From: Acidimicrobiaceae bacterium
Lineage (GTDB): Bacteria > Actinomycetota > Acidimicrobiia > Acidimicrobiales > Bog-793
DNA length: 64,000 nucleotides
Assembly (NCBI GenBank): GCA_025464005.1
Contig: JAODBO010000062.1
Span: 4,519 to 68,518, forward strand
Direction of reading: 5' to 3'
Shown: piece by piece, positions 31,052 through 42,429 of the stretch
Numbering within the stretch: position 1 is the first letter of the stretch
Layout: the number at the start of each line of letters is the position of its first letter
Position numbers and translations under genes: made by a program
The notes under the pieces: generated by a model
The model's input: the letters and a program-made list of their open reading frames with translations, nothing else
Databases searched by the model: none
Told to the model about the DNA's origin: nothing

Positions 31052-32722
31052 TCACGCGAGCGCCCCCGTTCCAGTCGCTGGGCGCGCTGGGTCGCTCGGC
31101 CCGGCCGCGTGCGAAGGCGCGGTCGGGTCGCCGGACGGGGCTGGGTCGTCCGAGGGCTCGATGGCAGGGCCGGACATGGCGCCCGTGGGCACGCCCTGGC
31201 CCCGGCGCGTGACGAGGTAGGCGAGCACGGCGAGAGCGCCCAGCGCGACGATCTCCACTGCGAGCACGCCGGGAAGGCTGACGGGCGGCTTCCAGGTCGG
31301 GTGCAGCAGGAAGCCGAAATCGGGCCCCTTCGTGCCGACCGCGTACCGGCGTAGCATCTCGAAGAACGCAGCCACCTGCGCGAGGAATGCACACAGAGCG
31401 ACGATCCCGACGATGCGCCCCCGGTGCTGGGCGAGGGCGCTCTTGCCGATCAGCGTCGCAGCCAGGATCGGCAGCCCCACGGCGAAGGCCAACGTGTCCT
31501 TGCCGGCCCAGGTGAAGCCGTATCGGTGCACCTGGGAGGTGGAGATCGCCACCGGAACGACGACGATCGCCACGACGAAGACGAGCAGCGTCAGCGCGTC
31601 GCGAAGGCGCCCGACCGCTGCCGCGGCGAGTGTCACGAAGCCGATGAGCGCGTACCAGACGACGTAGGTGAACGTCGGTGCGAAGGTGTCGAACCACCCG
31701 AACACTCCGATCATGCCTGGCAGGTAGTAGTCGTTGTGGAGGAACGAGAACTCGAGGATCGTGCTCTCGGGGACGCTGTAGCCGACGACGCCCGCCGGCG
31801 TCGCGTACACGTCGAACGAGCGCTCCGACAGGATCCAGATCACCGCGAGTGCCGCGACCACGACGACCGCTACGAGCCCGTAGCGGACACGCCGGTGGGC
31901 AAGGAAACGCCGCAACGAGCCGAGGTTGGAGACGGCGAGCAGGATGATGGCGGTCAACCCGAGCCAGAACGGTGACAACGCACGTATGAGCTCGAGAACG
32001 CAAGCCGATGCCGCCAGCATCGCGACGAGCCCGGGCGGCGGGTCGTCCAGGTGCTCGAGGACGAGGATGGACCCGGCCGTCCACACCGTGATCGCGGCAC
32101 TCGCCTCGAGGCCGGCGGGGTTGACGACGCTGCCGAGGAACAGCACCATCGGCGTCGCCGCGATCACGACGCCGGCGATCGCGAGCCTCGACCTCGACCA
32201 GAGGACCGCGGCGCTCACCGCCAGCGCTATGAAGACCGCCGAGAGGGCGGCGCTCACCAGCCGCATCAAGTAGATGTCGGCGTCGCTCGACCCGAGCAGG
32301 CTCGGGAGCCCGACGATCGCGTAGTACAGCGGGGGATAGCGGGCGTTGTAGATGTAGACCTGCTTCGGTCCGGACCCGCCACTCGCGACGGGGGCGCAGC
32401 TCGCCGGGACGGTGGGCCGCCGGTGATAGCAGCTCGGGAGGTTGCGCGTCCCCGCGTAGAAGGCGGGCACGGTCACGAGGCCCAGCGGGCTCGTCGACGG
32501 GCCGGGGAGCTTGCCGACGAGCTCGCCCCTCACGACGGCGGCCGCCTTGATGATGTGGACCGGCTCGTCGGGAGCTGCGAAGAGCGGCGTGGCGAAGCTC
32601 CACGCGCCCATCGCGACGAAGGCGAGTACGAACGTCACGACGAACGCGGTCCATCCGCGGCGGCGACGGCCGCGCCTTTTCTGGTCGGACCCAGCGCGAG
32701 GCGCTGGAGGTTCGGTGTTCAT
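31052..32722 (-). CDS. DUF2142-like membrane protein (putative GT-C glycosyltransferase)
   Basis: TPLFAAPDEPVH after TM1, YPPLYY, about 11-13 TM helices, GVFGWFD. Confidence 0.75.
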   Translation of the reverse strand: MNTEPPAPRAGSDQKRRGRRRRGWTAFVVTFVLAFVAMGAWSFATPLFAAPDEPVHIIKAAAVVRGELVGKLPGPSTSPLGLVTVPAFYAGTRNLPSCYHRRPTVPASCAPVASGGSGPKQVYIYNARYPPLYYAIVGLPSLLGSSDADIYLMRLVSAALSAVFIALAVSAAVLWSRSRLAIAGVVIAATPMVLFLGSVVNPAGLEASAAITVWTAGSILVLEHLDDPPPGLVAMLAASACVLELIRALSPFWLGLTAIILLAVSNLGSLRRFLAHRRVRYGLVAVVVVAALAVIWILSERSFDVYATPAGVVGYSVPESTILEFSFLHNDYYLPGMIGVFGWFDTFAPTFTYVVWYALIGFVTLAAAAVGRLRDALTLLVFVVAIVVVPVAISTSQVHRYGFTWAGKDTLAFAVGLPILAATLIGKSALAQHRGRIVGIVALCAFLAQVAAFFEMLRRYAVGTKGPDFGFLLHPTWKPPVSLPGVLAVEIVALGALAVLAYLVTRRGQGVPTGAMSGPAIEPSDDPAPSGDPTAPSHAAGPSDPARPATGTGALA

Positions 32723-32840
32723 GCTCGAGAGGGCAGGCTCCGCGATCGGGCTTGTCTGCAGGAGGGACGCCCGAGCACAGTAGCCGGGTCGGTGATCCTC
32801 GTCAGAGAGCCGGGAGCGAAGCGGGCGACTGACGACCCAC

Positions 32841-33581
32841 TTACTGCGCGCCAGCCACCCGCTCGAGCAGGCGCCAGAGGATGCGCGCGCTCATCCCCCA
32901 CACGAGGTCGTCGCCGAGCACGGTCGGGTCGGCGAAGAAATGGACCGACCGTTCGTCGGCTCCGGTCGACCAGCGCTCCTGCCACGCGACGCCGTCGGAG
33001 AGCAGCGCCGCCACTGGCACCTCGAGGACCGACTCGACCTCGGAGTGGTTCGCCACGAGCGTCGGGCGACGGCTCAGCAATCCGAGATAGGCGGCGATCT
33101 GTTCGCCTGAGTGGCGGCCGACCACGTCGACCAGGACCGGCGCCTCCACGTCGAACGGTGAGAGACCGATCTCCTCCTCGGCCTCTCGCAGTGCAGCGTC
33201 GTTGGGAGCCTCCCCCAGCTCGACTCTCCCGCCGGGAAAGGCGATATGACCGGGGTCGCGTTGCAGGGTGTTCGATCGGCGGATGAGCACGAGGGTCGCC
33301 TCCGAGTCGGTGCCCGATGCGAACACCGGCACCAGCACGGCGGCGCTTACACCGGCGAGCGCGTCGTTGCGAGGTCCAGCGCCAGCTACAGGCGCGGGTC
33401 CGGGTCTGGCGTCGCTCGAGCGGATGCCCGGGGCCGGCCCGGATGCTGCGAGCGCGGCGACGAAGCGCTCGAGCGAGACACTGGACCGCTGCGCGAGTGG
33501 CAGGGCCGCCCAAGGCGGCGGGGGGCCCGGGCGCGAGGACAAGGGTCGTGGCACGCGCTGGCGAAACGGTGCAGCGTCCAC
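32841..33581 (-). CDS. Nudix hydrolase, CoA pyrophosphatase family
   Basis: AAVLVP, GHIAFPGGRVE...AALREAEEEIG Nudix box, VWGMSA; GTG 33581 is 6 nt after TACGCT. Confidence 0.88.
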   Translation of the reverse strand: MDAAPFRQRVPRPLSSRPGPPPPWAALPLAQRSSVSLERFVAALAASGPAPGIRSSDARPGPAPVAGAGPRNDALAGVSAAVLVPVFASGTDSEATLVLIRRSNTLQRDPGHIAFPGGRVELGEAPNDAALREAEEEIGLSPFDVEAPVLVDVVGRHSGEQIAAYLGLLSRRPTLVANHSEVESVLEVPVAALLSDGVAWQERWSTGADERSVHFFADPTVLGDDLVWGMSARILWRLLERVAGAQ

Positions 33582-33673
33582 GTCGTCAGCGTAGCCAGCG
33601 GTACTCCCGCGCCGACCTGTGGACGCGCCAGTGGCCGGGCCCGAAAGCCCAGCCACTGGCACTTCACTGCGCT

Positions 33674-33693
33674 GCCGGGCGAAATCGCCCGGC
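33674..33693 (-). terminator. GC-rich hairpin immediately after groEL
   Basis: GCCGGGCGA-AA-TCGCCCGGC; no clear U tract. Confidence 0.5.
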
Positions 33694-33696
33694 CGC

Positions 33697-35618
<1,922 letters not shown>

Positions 35619-35642
35619 CTCCGAGGCCTCCCTATGGCTTCG

Positions 35643-35669
35643 TTGGCACTCTGACCTAACGAGTGCCAA
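35643..35669. promoter_or_regulatory. CIRCE element (HrcA operator)
   Basis: TTGGCACTC-TGACCTAAC-GAGTGCCAA: 9-bp arms with a 9-nt spacer, upstream of groES. Confidence 0.95.
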
Positions 35670-35697
35670 CCATACCGACAACGCGTGGATCTGGCAA
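35669..35697 (-). promoter_or_regulatory. Sigma-A-like promoter of groES-groEL
   Basis: Minus strand TTGCCA-N17-TATGGT abutting CIRCE. Confidence 0.7.
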
Positions 35698-35730
35698 CCG
35701 CAGGGTCGAGGTTGTCACTGGCTTGGCTCA

Positions 35731-35764
35731 TCGTCGTCACGCTCCCGGAGGGATGTGACGACGA
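35731..35764. terminator. Hairpin downstream of tsaD
   Basis: TCGTCGTCAC...GTGACGACGA 10-bp stem. Confidence 0.5.
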
Positions 35765-35867
35765 AGGTCCACGTTACGACCGCTACTTCGGCCCTACAAG
35801 GCGCAAGCGCGTGGCTGCGAAACGATAGCTGCATGTGACTGGCGACAACATTCTGGCCTCCGGCGCG

Positions 35868-36923
35868 TCACCGCCGTGGCTCGTGACCCGGGAACCTGAG
35901 GCTGGCGTCGGCGCCGGTAGACATCGGCGATGCTCCGTCCATGGCGAGGCGGAAGTGGCCTGCCGCGGCGATCATCGCCGCATTGTCGGTGCACATCGCT
36001 CGGCTCGGAAGAAAGACCCGTAGACCGGCCTCTGCACCGGCGCCGACGATCCGCTCGCGCAGCGAGGTGTTGGCGGCCACGCCGCCCGCGAGGCAGATGC
36101 CGCGTGCTCCGATCGAGTCCGCCGCCACGAGCGTCTTGTCGACGAGCACGTCCACGGCGGCCGCCTGGAACGACGCCGCTACGTCGGGGGTGGAAACCTC
36201 CGGATGGCGGGTGACGTGCTGGACGACCGCCGTCTTCAAGCCGCTGAAGGAGAAGTCGAGCCCGTCACCGAGCATCGGCCGCGGCAGGGCGACGGCGGCT
36301 GGGTCACCCTCTCGCGCTGCCCGCTCGACGCCGGGACCTCCGGGATAGCCGAGGCCGAGGAAGCGCGCGACCTTGTCGAAAGCCTCGCCCGCGGCGTCGT
36401 CGAGCGTCTCGCCGAGGACGGCGTAGTGCCCAGGCTTCTCCAGAGCGACGAGCAGGGTATGGCCTCCCGACACGATGAGGACCACGACGGGCAGCTCGAG
36501 ATCGGGATCCTCCAACAGCGACGCGTACAAGTGGCCTTCGAGGTGGTTCACCCCCACGAACGGCACTCCCCACGCCAGCGCGAGCGACTTCGCGAACGAC
36601 ACGCCGACGAGCAGCGCACCTATGAGCCCCGGTCCGACGGTCGCGGCGACGGCGCCGATACTCTCGAGCCCGGACGGCGACACGGGGGCCCCGCTCCGGT
36701 CGAGGCCCGCCGCCGCGAGCGCCTCGGACACGACGGGCACGATCTGCTCGAGGTGTGCCCGTCCGGCGATCTCCGGGACCACGCCGCCGTAGCGGACGTG
36801 GAGGTCGACCTGGCTCGAGACCACGGAGGACAGCACGTCGCGCCCACCGGCCACGACCGCCGCCGCCGTCTCGTCGCACGAGGTCTCCAGTCCGAGCACG
36901 AGGCCGGACGCAGGAGCCGTCAC
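35868..36923 (-). CDS. tsaD: tRNA threonylcarbamoyltransferase TsaD
   Basis: LGLETSCDET, GGVVPEIAGRAH, VNHLEGH, SGGHT, DDAAGEAFDK, CTDNAAMI. Confidence 0.95.
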   Translation of the reverse strand: MTAPASGLVLGLETSCDETAAAVVAGGRDVLSSVVSSQVDLHVRYGGVVPEIAGRAHLEQIVPVVSEALAAAGLDRSGAPVSPSGLESIGAVAATVGPGLIGALLVGVSFAKSLALAWGVPFVGVNHLEGHLYASLLEDPDLELPVVVLIVSGGHTLLVALEKPGHYAVLGETLDDAAGEAFDKVARFLGLGYPGGPGVERAAREGDPAAVALPRPMLGDGLDFSFSGLKTAVVQHVTRHPEVSTPDVAASFQAAAVDVLVDKTLVAADSIGARGICLAGGVAANTSLRERIVGAGAEAGLRVFLPSRAMCTDNAAMIAAAGHFRLAMDGASPMSTGADASLRFPGHEPRR

Positions 36924-37504
36924 CGTCGGTCCCGGGACCGGGCCCCGATACGGCGCCCGATCTGGTCGAGCCGCGCCTCGTATACCGGCGTGTCGACGTC
37001 GTAGGCCCACATCACCAGGCCGTCCTCGTTGACCTCGGGGTAGTAGTTCTTGCGGATGCCCGCAGGAACGAACCCGAAGGCCCGGTACAGCTCCTGCGCG
37101 CCGTGGTTGGACATCCTCACCTCCAGCGTCAGGGCGTGCGCTCCGCGACCGCGCACCTCGCGCACCAGCCGGTAGAGCAGCCGGATCCCGACGCCGTGGC
37201 GGTGCCACTCGGGGGCGACCCCGACCGTCGTGATGTGCGCCTCGCCGGCGACGAGCATCGACCCGGCGTAGCCGACGACAGCGCCGTCGACGATGGCGAC
37301 GAAGTACGCCCGCGTAGCGGGGGACGCGAGCTCGCTCAGGTAGAGCGCCGCGGACCACGGGCGCGGGAAGATCCGCTCCTCGATGGCCGCGACGTGACGC
37401 ACGTGGGCTCGACGCATCGGGACGATGTCGATCGAAGCGTCCCGGCGGGGTTCGGGGAGTGCGGGGCGTGGCCTGTGCCGCGAGCGGGGCAGCCGGATGG
37501 TCAC
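36920..37504 (-). CDS. rimI: Ribosomal-protein alanine N-acetyltransferase
   Basis: FPRPWS, EAHITTVGV, LTLEVRMSN, FGF...RKNYY; between tsaB and tsaD. Confidence 0.9.
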   Translation of the reverse strand: MTIRLPRSRHRPRPALPEPRRDASIDIVPMRRAHVRHVAAIEERIFPRPWSAALYLSELASPATRAYFVAIVDGAVVGYAGSMLVAGEAHITTVGVAPEWHRHGVGIRLLYRLVREVRGRGAHALTLEVRMSNHGAQELYRAFGFVPAGIRKNYYPEVNEDGLVMWAYDVDTPVYEARLDQIGRRIGARSRDRR

Positions 37505-38271
37505 GGCAGGGCCGATCCACTCGAGGGGGCGGACAGCGAGACCGAGGAGGGCGCTCCGGGACGCGAGGTCCAGTTGATCCGGACGTCCGGCGCGCGCAGG
37601 TAGACCGGGGCCAGGTCGACTTCAGAGATCGACAGGCCGGCATCGAGCCGGCGCAGGCCGAGCTCGCTGAGTGACGCGACCGGAGGCGCACCCAGCTCGT
37701 CGCCGGCGAGACACGGTGCCGGTCCACCGCGGGCTGCCACCGCCTCGACGAGCGCCGCGCCGTGACGTCGGGCGCCGTCCCCGACGAGCAGCACCCGCGC
37801 GGACCGAGCTGCGAGCTCTGCCGCGAGCTCGTCGACGGTGCCGAGCCGTACGGCTCCCGAGCCCATGGGCTCTGCGTCGGACGCCTCTCCGGCCTCTGCC
37901 ACCGTCCAGGCCACCTCGCCTCGTCGCATGTCGACGACGGCGACGACGTCCATCGCCGCGTCCCGAGCAGCGTGCACGAGCACGTCGGTGCTCGTGCACG
38001 CGACGGTCGGCACCTGAAGCGCGAACGCGAACGCCTTGGCCGCCGCGACCCCGACACGGATACCGGTGAACAGGCCGGGCCCTACGTCTACGGCGATCGC
38101 CTCGACCGCGTCGAGGGACGCGCCGGCAGCGGCACAGACCGCCTCGATCTCCGGATGGAGCGTCTCGACGTGGCGACGCCCGGGCCGCGCGACCAGGGCG
38201 GCGAGAAGCCCGGAACGGTCTCGAAGCGCCACACCGACCTCGATGGTGGCGCTCTCGATCGCCAGCAGCAT
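37501..38271 (-). CDS. tsaB: tRNA t6A biosynthesis protein TsaB
   Basis: MLLAIESAT, GPGLFTGIRVG, DMRRGEV, PVYLR. Confidence 0.92.
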   Translation of the reverse strand: MLLAIESATIEVGVALRDRSGLLAALVARPGRRHVETLHPEIEAVCAAAGASLDAVEAIAVDVGPGLFTGIRVGVAAAKAFAFALQVPTVACTSTDVLVHAARDAAMDVVAVVDMRRGEVAWTVAEAGEASDAEPMGSGAVRLGTVDELAAELAARSARVLLVGDGARRHGAALVEAVAARGGPAPCLAGDELGAPPVASLSELGLRRLDAGLSISEVDLAPVYLRAPDVRINWTSRPGAPSSVSLSAPSSGSALP

Positions 38272-38777
38272 CAGCGCACCTCCATGCCTGAGCCGCGGGC
38301 CGACACCCCGAGGCGGGCGACGCGCTGCTGCCACGAGGCCGACGCCGCGCTGAAGCGGACGAGGCGCGCCGAGTCGGCGGTCGGATCGCCCTCGAGCGGC
38401 CCGATAAGCACCTCGAGCGCGTCCCGCCCGATGAGTGGCGCAGCAGCCTCTCCCCACTCGACGACGGCGACGCCCCCCTCGTCGAGGACCTCGTCGATGG
38501 CGAGATCCGCGACCTCGTCGAGGAGCTCGAGCCGCCAGCAGTCGACGTGGGCCACGACCGGCTCGGTGTCGTAGGTGCGCAGCAGCGTGAAGGTCGGGCT
38601 CGTGACCTGCTCGTCGCTTCCGAGCGCCCCGACAATTCCTTTTGTGAGGGTCGTCTTGCCCGCACCGAGACCGCCCGAGAGCAGGAGCACGTCGCCGGGC
38701 GCGACGAGGCCCGCGACGAGCGCGCCGAGCGCACCCGTCTCGGCCGCCGACCTCGTGACCACCGCGATTCCAGTCAC
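38271..38777 (-). CDS. tsaE: tRNA t6A biosynthesis ATPase TsaE
   Basis: GGLGAGKTT, VTSPTFTL, HVDCWRL, VEWGE. Confidence 0.93.
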   Translation of the reverse strand: MTGIAVVTRSAAETGALGALVAGLVAPGDVLLLSGGLGAGKTTLTKGIVGALGSDEQVTSPTFTLLRTYDTEPVVAHVDCWRLELLDEVADLAIDEVLDEGGVAVVEWGEAAAPLIGRDALEVLIGPLEGDPTADSARLVRFSAASASWQQRVARLGVSARGSGMEVR

Positions 38778-38811
38778 GGAGCGATGCCGGTCATGGAGCG
38801 ATGCCGGTCAT
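38778..38811. repeat. Perfect 17-bp tandem duplication encoding two MTGIAP mini-ORFs on the minus strand
   Basis: GGAGCGATGCCGGTCAT x2 (38778-38794, 38795-38811). Confidence 0.9.
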
Positions 38812-39386
38812 ACATCCGCGGATGGTTCCGGGGTGCCCGCCAGCGCGTGCTTGGCTCGCACGAGATCGGCGCGCATCTGGGCGAGGACGACGCCTCCGCC
38901 CCGCAAGGCAGCCGCGGGATGGAACGTCGGCACGATCACGCCCGTCAGGAAGGGGTAGCTTTGGCCACGCAGCTTGGTCACCCCCTCGCTCCGGCCGAGG
39001 AGCGTCCGCGATGCGAAGTTGCCGAGCGTGACGACGACGCGCGGGCTGATGAGCTCCACCTGCTCCTCGAGGTAGTGCCGGCACGTCGCGACCTCGAGCG
39101 GGAGCGGGTCCCGGTTGCCCGGGGGGCGGCACTTCACGACGTTGGCGATGTAGCACTCCCGCCGTTCGAGTCCGAGCTCCTCGGCGATCAGACGGTCGAG
39201 GAGCTTTCCCGAGCGGCCGACGAAGGGCTCCCCGGCGAGGTCCTCTTCGCGTCCGGGAGCCTCGCCGACGAACATGAGCGACGCCGTCGGATCGCCGACG
39301 CCGAAGACCACCTGTGTCCTGCCTGCGGCGAGCGGGCAGGCGACGCAGCCACGAGCCTCGCGCCCCAGCTCGATGAGCGTCGGCAC
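38808..39386 (-). CDS. Uracil-DNA glycosylase, family 4 (Fe-S)
   Basis: [36 protein letters not shown]. Confidence 0.92.
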   Translation of the reverse strand: MPTLIELGREARGCVACPLAAGRTQVVFGVGDPTASLMFVGEAPGREEDLAGEPFVGRSGKLLDRLIAEELGLERRECYIANVVKCRPPGNRDPLPLEVATCRHYLEEQVELISPRVVVTLGNFASRTLLGRSEGVTKLRGQSYPFLTGVIVPTFHPAAALRGGGVVLAQMRADLVRAKHALAGTPEPSADV

Positions 39387-39395
39387 GGCCTAATC

Positions 39396-40586
39396 CTACC
39401 GCTCCGGACCACAGGCACCACCGCTGGATCCGCCACCGACGTAGCGCCGCGGCACCCGCGGTCCGATTCCGCAGAGGACCTCGTAGGAGATGGTGCCCAG
39501 GCGGTCCGCCCACTCCTCGGCGGTGATCTCCTCGCCCCCCTGGCGACCGATCAGGACGACCTCGTCGCCCGGACGTACGGCATCGTCGTCACCGAGGTCG
39601 ACGATGATCTGGTCCATCGTCACGGTCCCGGCGATGTCGCGCCGTGCCCCCCCGACGAGCACCTGGCCCCCGGCGCTCGCCAGGCGGCGCGGGACTCCGT
39701 CGTGGTAACCGAGGGGCACGACCCCGACATACGACGCCGTGGCCAGCTCGTAGGTGCGGCCGTAGCTCGTCCGCTCGCCGGCCTCGAGCCGCCTCACGAG
39801 ATGGAGCCGGGCCTTCCAGCTGAGAGCAGGGGCAAGCGACGCGGGTTCGCCGAGCGCACGCTCGATCCATCCCGCGAGCGCAGCGGAGGGGAGATGGCCG
39901 TAGAGCGCGATCCCGCACCGCACGAGGTCGAGGCGCGCATCCGGATGAGCGATCGCTCCGGCCGAGTTGGCCGCATGCACGAGCCGGGGCACGATGCCCG
40001 CTCCTGCGAGGACGGCGCGGGCGTGCTCGAAGCGAGCGAGCTGCACGCCCGTGAACGGGTCGTCGGGCACGTCGGCCACCGCAAGATGGGTCCACAGGCC
40101 CGCGAGCGCGAGCTCCGGAGCGTTGGCGACCGCCTGCACTACCTCGAGGAGCTCCTCCGGATCAGCTCCGACGCGGTGCATCCCGGTGTCCACCTTCACC
40201 TGGACCGGCACGGGCCGTCCGAGCTGCGCGGCCGCCTTGCGGGCGGCTGAGACGCCTTCCATGCGGTACAGCGTCGGCGTGAGTCCGTGCGCAACCGCCT
40301 CGGTCATCGCCTCGGCGGTGGGCTCGGAGAGCAAGAGCACCTCGGCGGCGATCCCGGCCGCGCGAAGCGCCAGGCCCTCCTCGACGAGCGCGACGGCGAG
40401 CAGCGCCGCTCCCCCGTCGATGGCTGCTGTGGCGACCTCGGGCGCACCGTGGCCGTAGCCGTCCGCCTTGACCACGGCGCACAGCTCGGCAGGGGCGACG
40501 AGCCTGCGCAGCAGGCCGGCGTTGTGCCGCACGGCGTCGAGATCGACCTCGACCCAGGCGGGGCGGAGCGCGCGGAGTCCGTTCAC
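39396..40586 (-). CDS. alr: Alanine racemase (start GTG 40586 or 40610)
   Basis: AVVKADGYGHG, KVDTGMHR, HAANSAG, GYHDG, GTISYE. Confidence 0.95.
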   Translation of the reverse strand: MNGLRALRPAWVEVDLDAVRHNAGLLRRLVAPAELCAVVKADGYGHGAPEVATAAIDGGAALLAVALVEEGLALRAAGIAAEVLLLSEPTAEAMTEAVAHGLTPTLYRMEGVSAARKAAAQLGRPVPVQVKVDTGMHRVGADPEELLEVVQAVANAPELALAGLWTHLAVADVPDDPFTGVQLARFEHARAVLAGAGIVPRLVHAANSAGAIAHPDARLDLVRCGIALYGHLPSAALAGWIERALGEPASLAPALSWKARLHLVRRLEAGERTSYGRTYELATASYVGVVPLGYHDGVPRRLASAGGQVLVGGARRDIAGTVTMDQIIVDLGDDDAVRPGDEVVLIGRQGGEEITAEEWADRLGTISYEVLCGIGPRVPRRYVGGGSSGGACGPER

Positions 40587-40599
40587 CGGACGTCCCCGA

Positions 40600-42027
40600 T
40601 CATCGGGCACCTCCGGGTTCGCCTCCTGCGGTGACGTGCGGCGGTCCGATGTCGCTGAGCACCTCGGCAATGAGGTCGGGCAGGTCACCGGCGACGAGCC
40701 CGTACGCGAGCCCGCGAGCCGCGGCACGGCCGTGCACATGGGCCGCCAGCGCGGCCGCCTGCAGCGGAGCAACGCCCGCGGCCAGGAAGGCGCCGATGAC
40801 GCCGGACAGCACGTCACCTGTTCCCGCGGTCGAGAGTCTCGTGGAGCCCGATGCGACGAGCAGGACCTCGCCCGTCGGCGACGCGACGACGGTCGTCGAG
40901 CCTTTCAGGAGGACGTAGGCGCGGCTCTGGCGCGCGAGCTCGCGGGCGGCGCTAATCCGGTCGTCGGAGGGTCGACTGCCGACGAGCCGCGCGTACTCGC
41001 CGTCGTGGGGAGTGAGCACGATCGGGGCTCGACGAGCCGAGATGAGCCGTGCGGCCTCGTCGGCCGTGCCGATGGCGTTCAGGCCGTCGGCGTCGAGCAC
41101 GATCGGCACCGCCGCCTCGGTGACGAGCCTGCGCACCGCGGAGAACGTCTCGAGCGTCGTGCCCAGACCGGGACCGAGCACCAGCGATCGGCAGCGCCCG
41201 AGATCGTCGAGGACGGGCACCGCCCAGCCTGCCGCCGGGAGCGGACGGGCGACCGCCTCGATCACCGGCACCGAGCCCGGAGTCGCGCCGGGAGAGCCGA
41301 GCCGCACCATCCCGGCGCCCGACCGCTGGGCGCCGCGTGTGGCGAGCGCGGCCGCGCCGAGCATCCCCGGCGAGCCCGCTACGACGTACACGGCCGCGTC
41401 CCATTTGTGGCCGTCGCGCCGTCGCGCCGGCAAGAGGGCGCCTACGTCGGTGTCGTCGACGAGGTAGGCGGAGGCGGCTTCGACCGGGAGCCCGATCGGC
41501 GCGACCTCCACGAGGCCGCAGTGCTCGGGCCCGTCCCGGAGCAGGAGCCCCGGCTTCAGCGCGCCGAAAGTGACCGTGCGATCGGCGTGTACCGCGCCGG
41601 GGCCGGCCACCCCGGTGCTCGCGTCCACGCCGCTCGGGATGTCGACCGCGAGGACCTTCGCCCGGCCCCCGTCCTCGGGTCGCCCGGGCACGGTGGGCGC
41701 GAGGTACTTTCCGTGAAAGCCAGTACCGAACGCCGCGTCGACGACGAGGTCGCACTTCGGCAGCGGCTCGGGCTGGTCGCTCGCGGGGCGCACGAAGACA
41801 CGAACCCCCCGCCGTTCGAGCAGGGCGGCGGCGACACGCCCGTCGTCGCCGTTGTGCCCCCGGCCTGCGACGACGACAACCCGGCGCCCGTAGCCGCCAC
41901 CGAGCATGTCGAGCGCCGCGCGGGCCACCGCAGCTCCGGCTCGCGCCACGAGCACGTCGAAGCCGACTGTGCGTGCAGCGACAGCGTCGACCCGGCTCAT
42001 CTCCTCGGCGGTGAGCACCGGCCTCAT
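40600..42027 (-). CDS. nnr: Bifunctional NAD(P)H-hydrate epimerase/dehydratase
   Basis: GRGHNGDDG, DAAFGTG, VDIPSG, LDADGLN, LTPHDGE, TAGTGDVL. Confidence 0.92.
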   Translation of the reverse strand: MRPVLTAEEMSRVDAVAARTVGFDVLVARAGAAVARAALDMLGGGYGRRVVVVAGRGHNGDDGRVAAALLERRGVRVFVRPASDQPEPLPKCDLVVDAAFGTGFHGKYLAPTVPGRPEDGGRAKVLAVDIPSGVDASTGVAGPGAVHADRTVTFGALKPGLLLRDGPEHCGLVEVAPIGLPVEAASAYLVDDTDVGALLPARRRDGHKWDAAVYVVAGSPGMLGAAALATRGAQRSGAGMVRLGSPGATPGSVPVIEAVARPLPAAGWAVPVLDDLGRCRSLVLGPGLGTTLETFSAVRRLVTEAAVPIVLDADGLNAIGTADEAARLISARRAPIVLTPHDGEYARLVGSRPSDDRISAARELARQSRAYVLLKGSTTVVASPTGEVLLVASGSTRLSTAGTGDVLSGVIGAFLAAGVAPLQAAALAAHVHGRAAARGLAYGLVAGDLPDLIAEVLSDIGPPHVTAGGEPGGAR

Positions 42028-42410
42028 CGCGCGACCACGACCGCGCCGGCGATCACTCCGCTGTGGGTCAGGGAGACGTGCCACACCGTCACGCCGAGCG
42101 AGTCGGCGAGCGCGGCCGCCCGACCCGTCGCCCGCAGCTGCGGCGCCCCGTGCGCGCCGCGCACGACCTCGACATCGACGAGCGGGAAGCCTCCCAGCCC
42201 GACGCCGAGGGCCTTCATCGTCGCCTCCTTGGCCGCGAAACGCGCCGCGAGGCCCGGGACAGGATCGGCCCTCCGTGCGACATCCGCGCGCTCGGCGGCG
42301 GTGAACACCCGCTCGAGCAGCGCCGGCCGGCGGGCAAGGACGCGCCGGAACCGGTCGAGGTCGACGGCGTCGAGCCCGACACCGATCACCGGCGCGGCCG
42401 AGCCGAGCAC
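42024..42410 (-). CDS. acpS: Holo-ACP synthase; start approximate
   Basis: GVGLDAVD, RFAAKEATMKALG, SLTH. Confidence 0.9.
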   Translation of the reverse strand: MLGSAAPVIGVGLDAVDLDRFRRVLARRPALLERVFTAAERADVARRADPVPGLAARFAAKEATMKALGVGLGGFPLVDVEVVRGAHGAPQLRATGRAAALADSLGVTVWHVSLTHSGVIAGAVVVAR

Positions 42411-42429
42411 GCCGGAGAGGCGACCCGTC

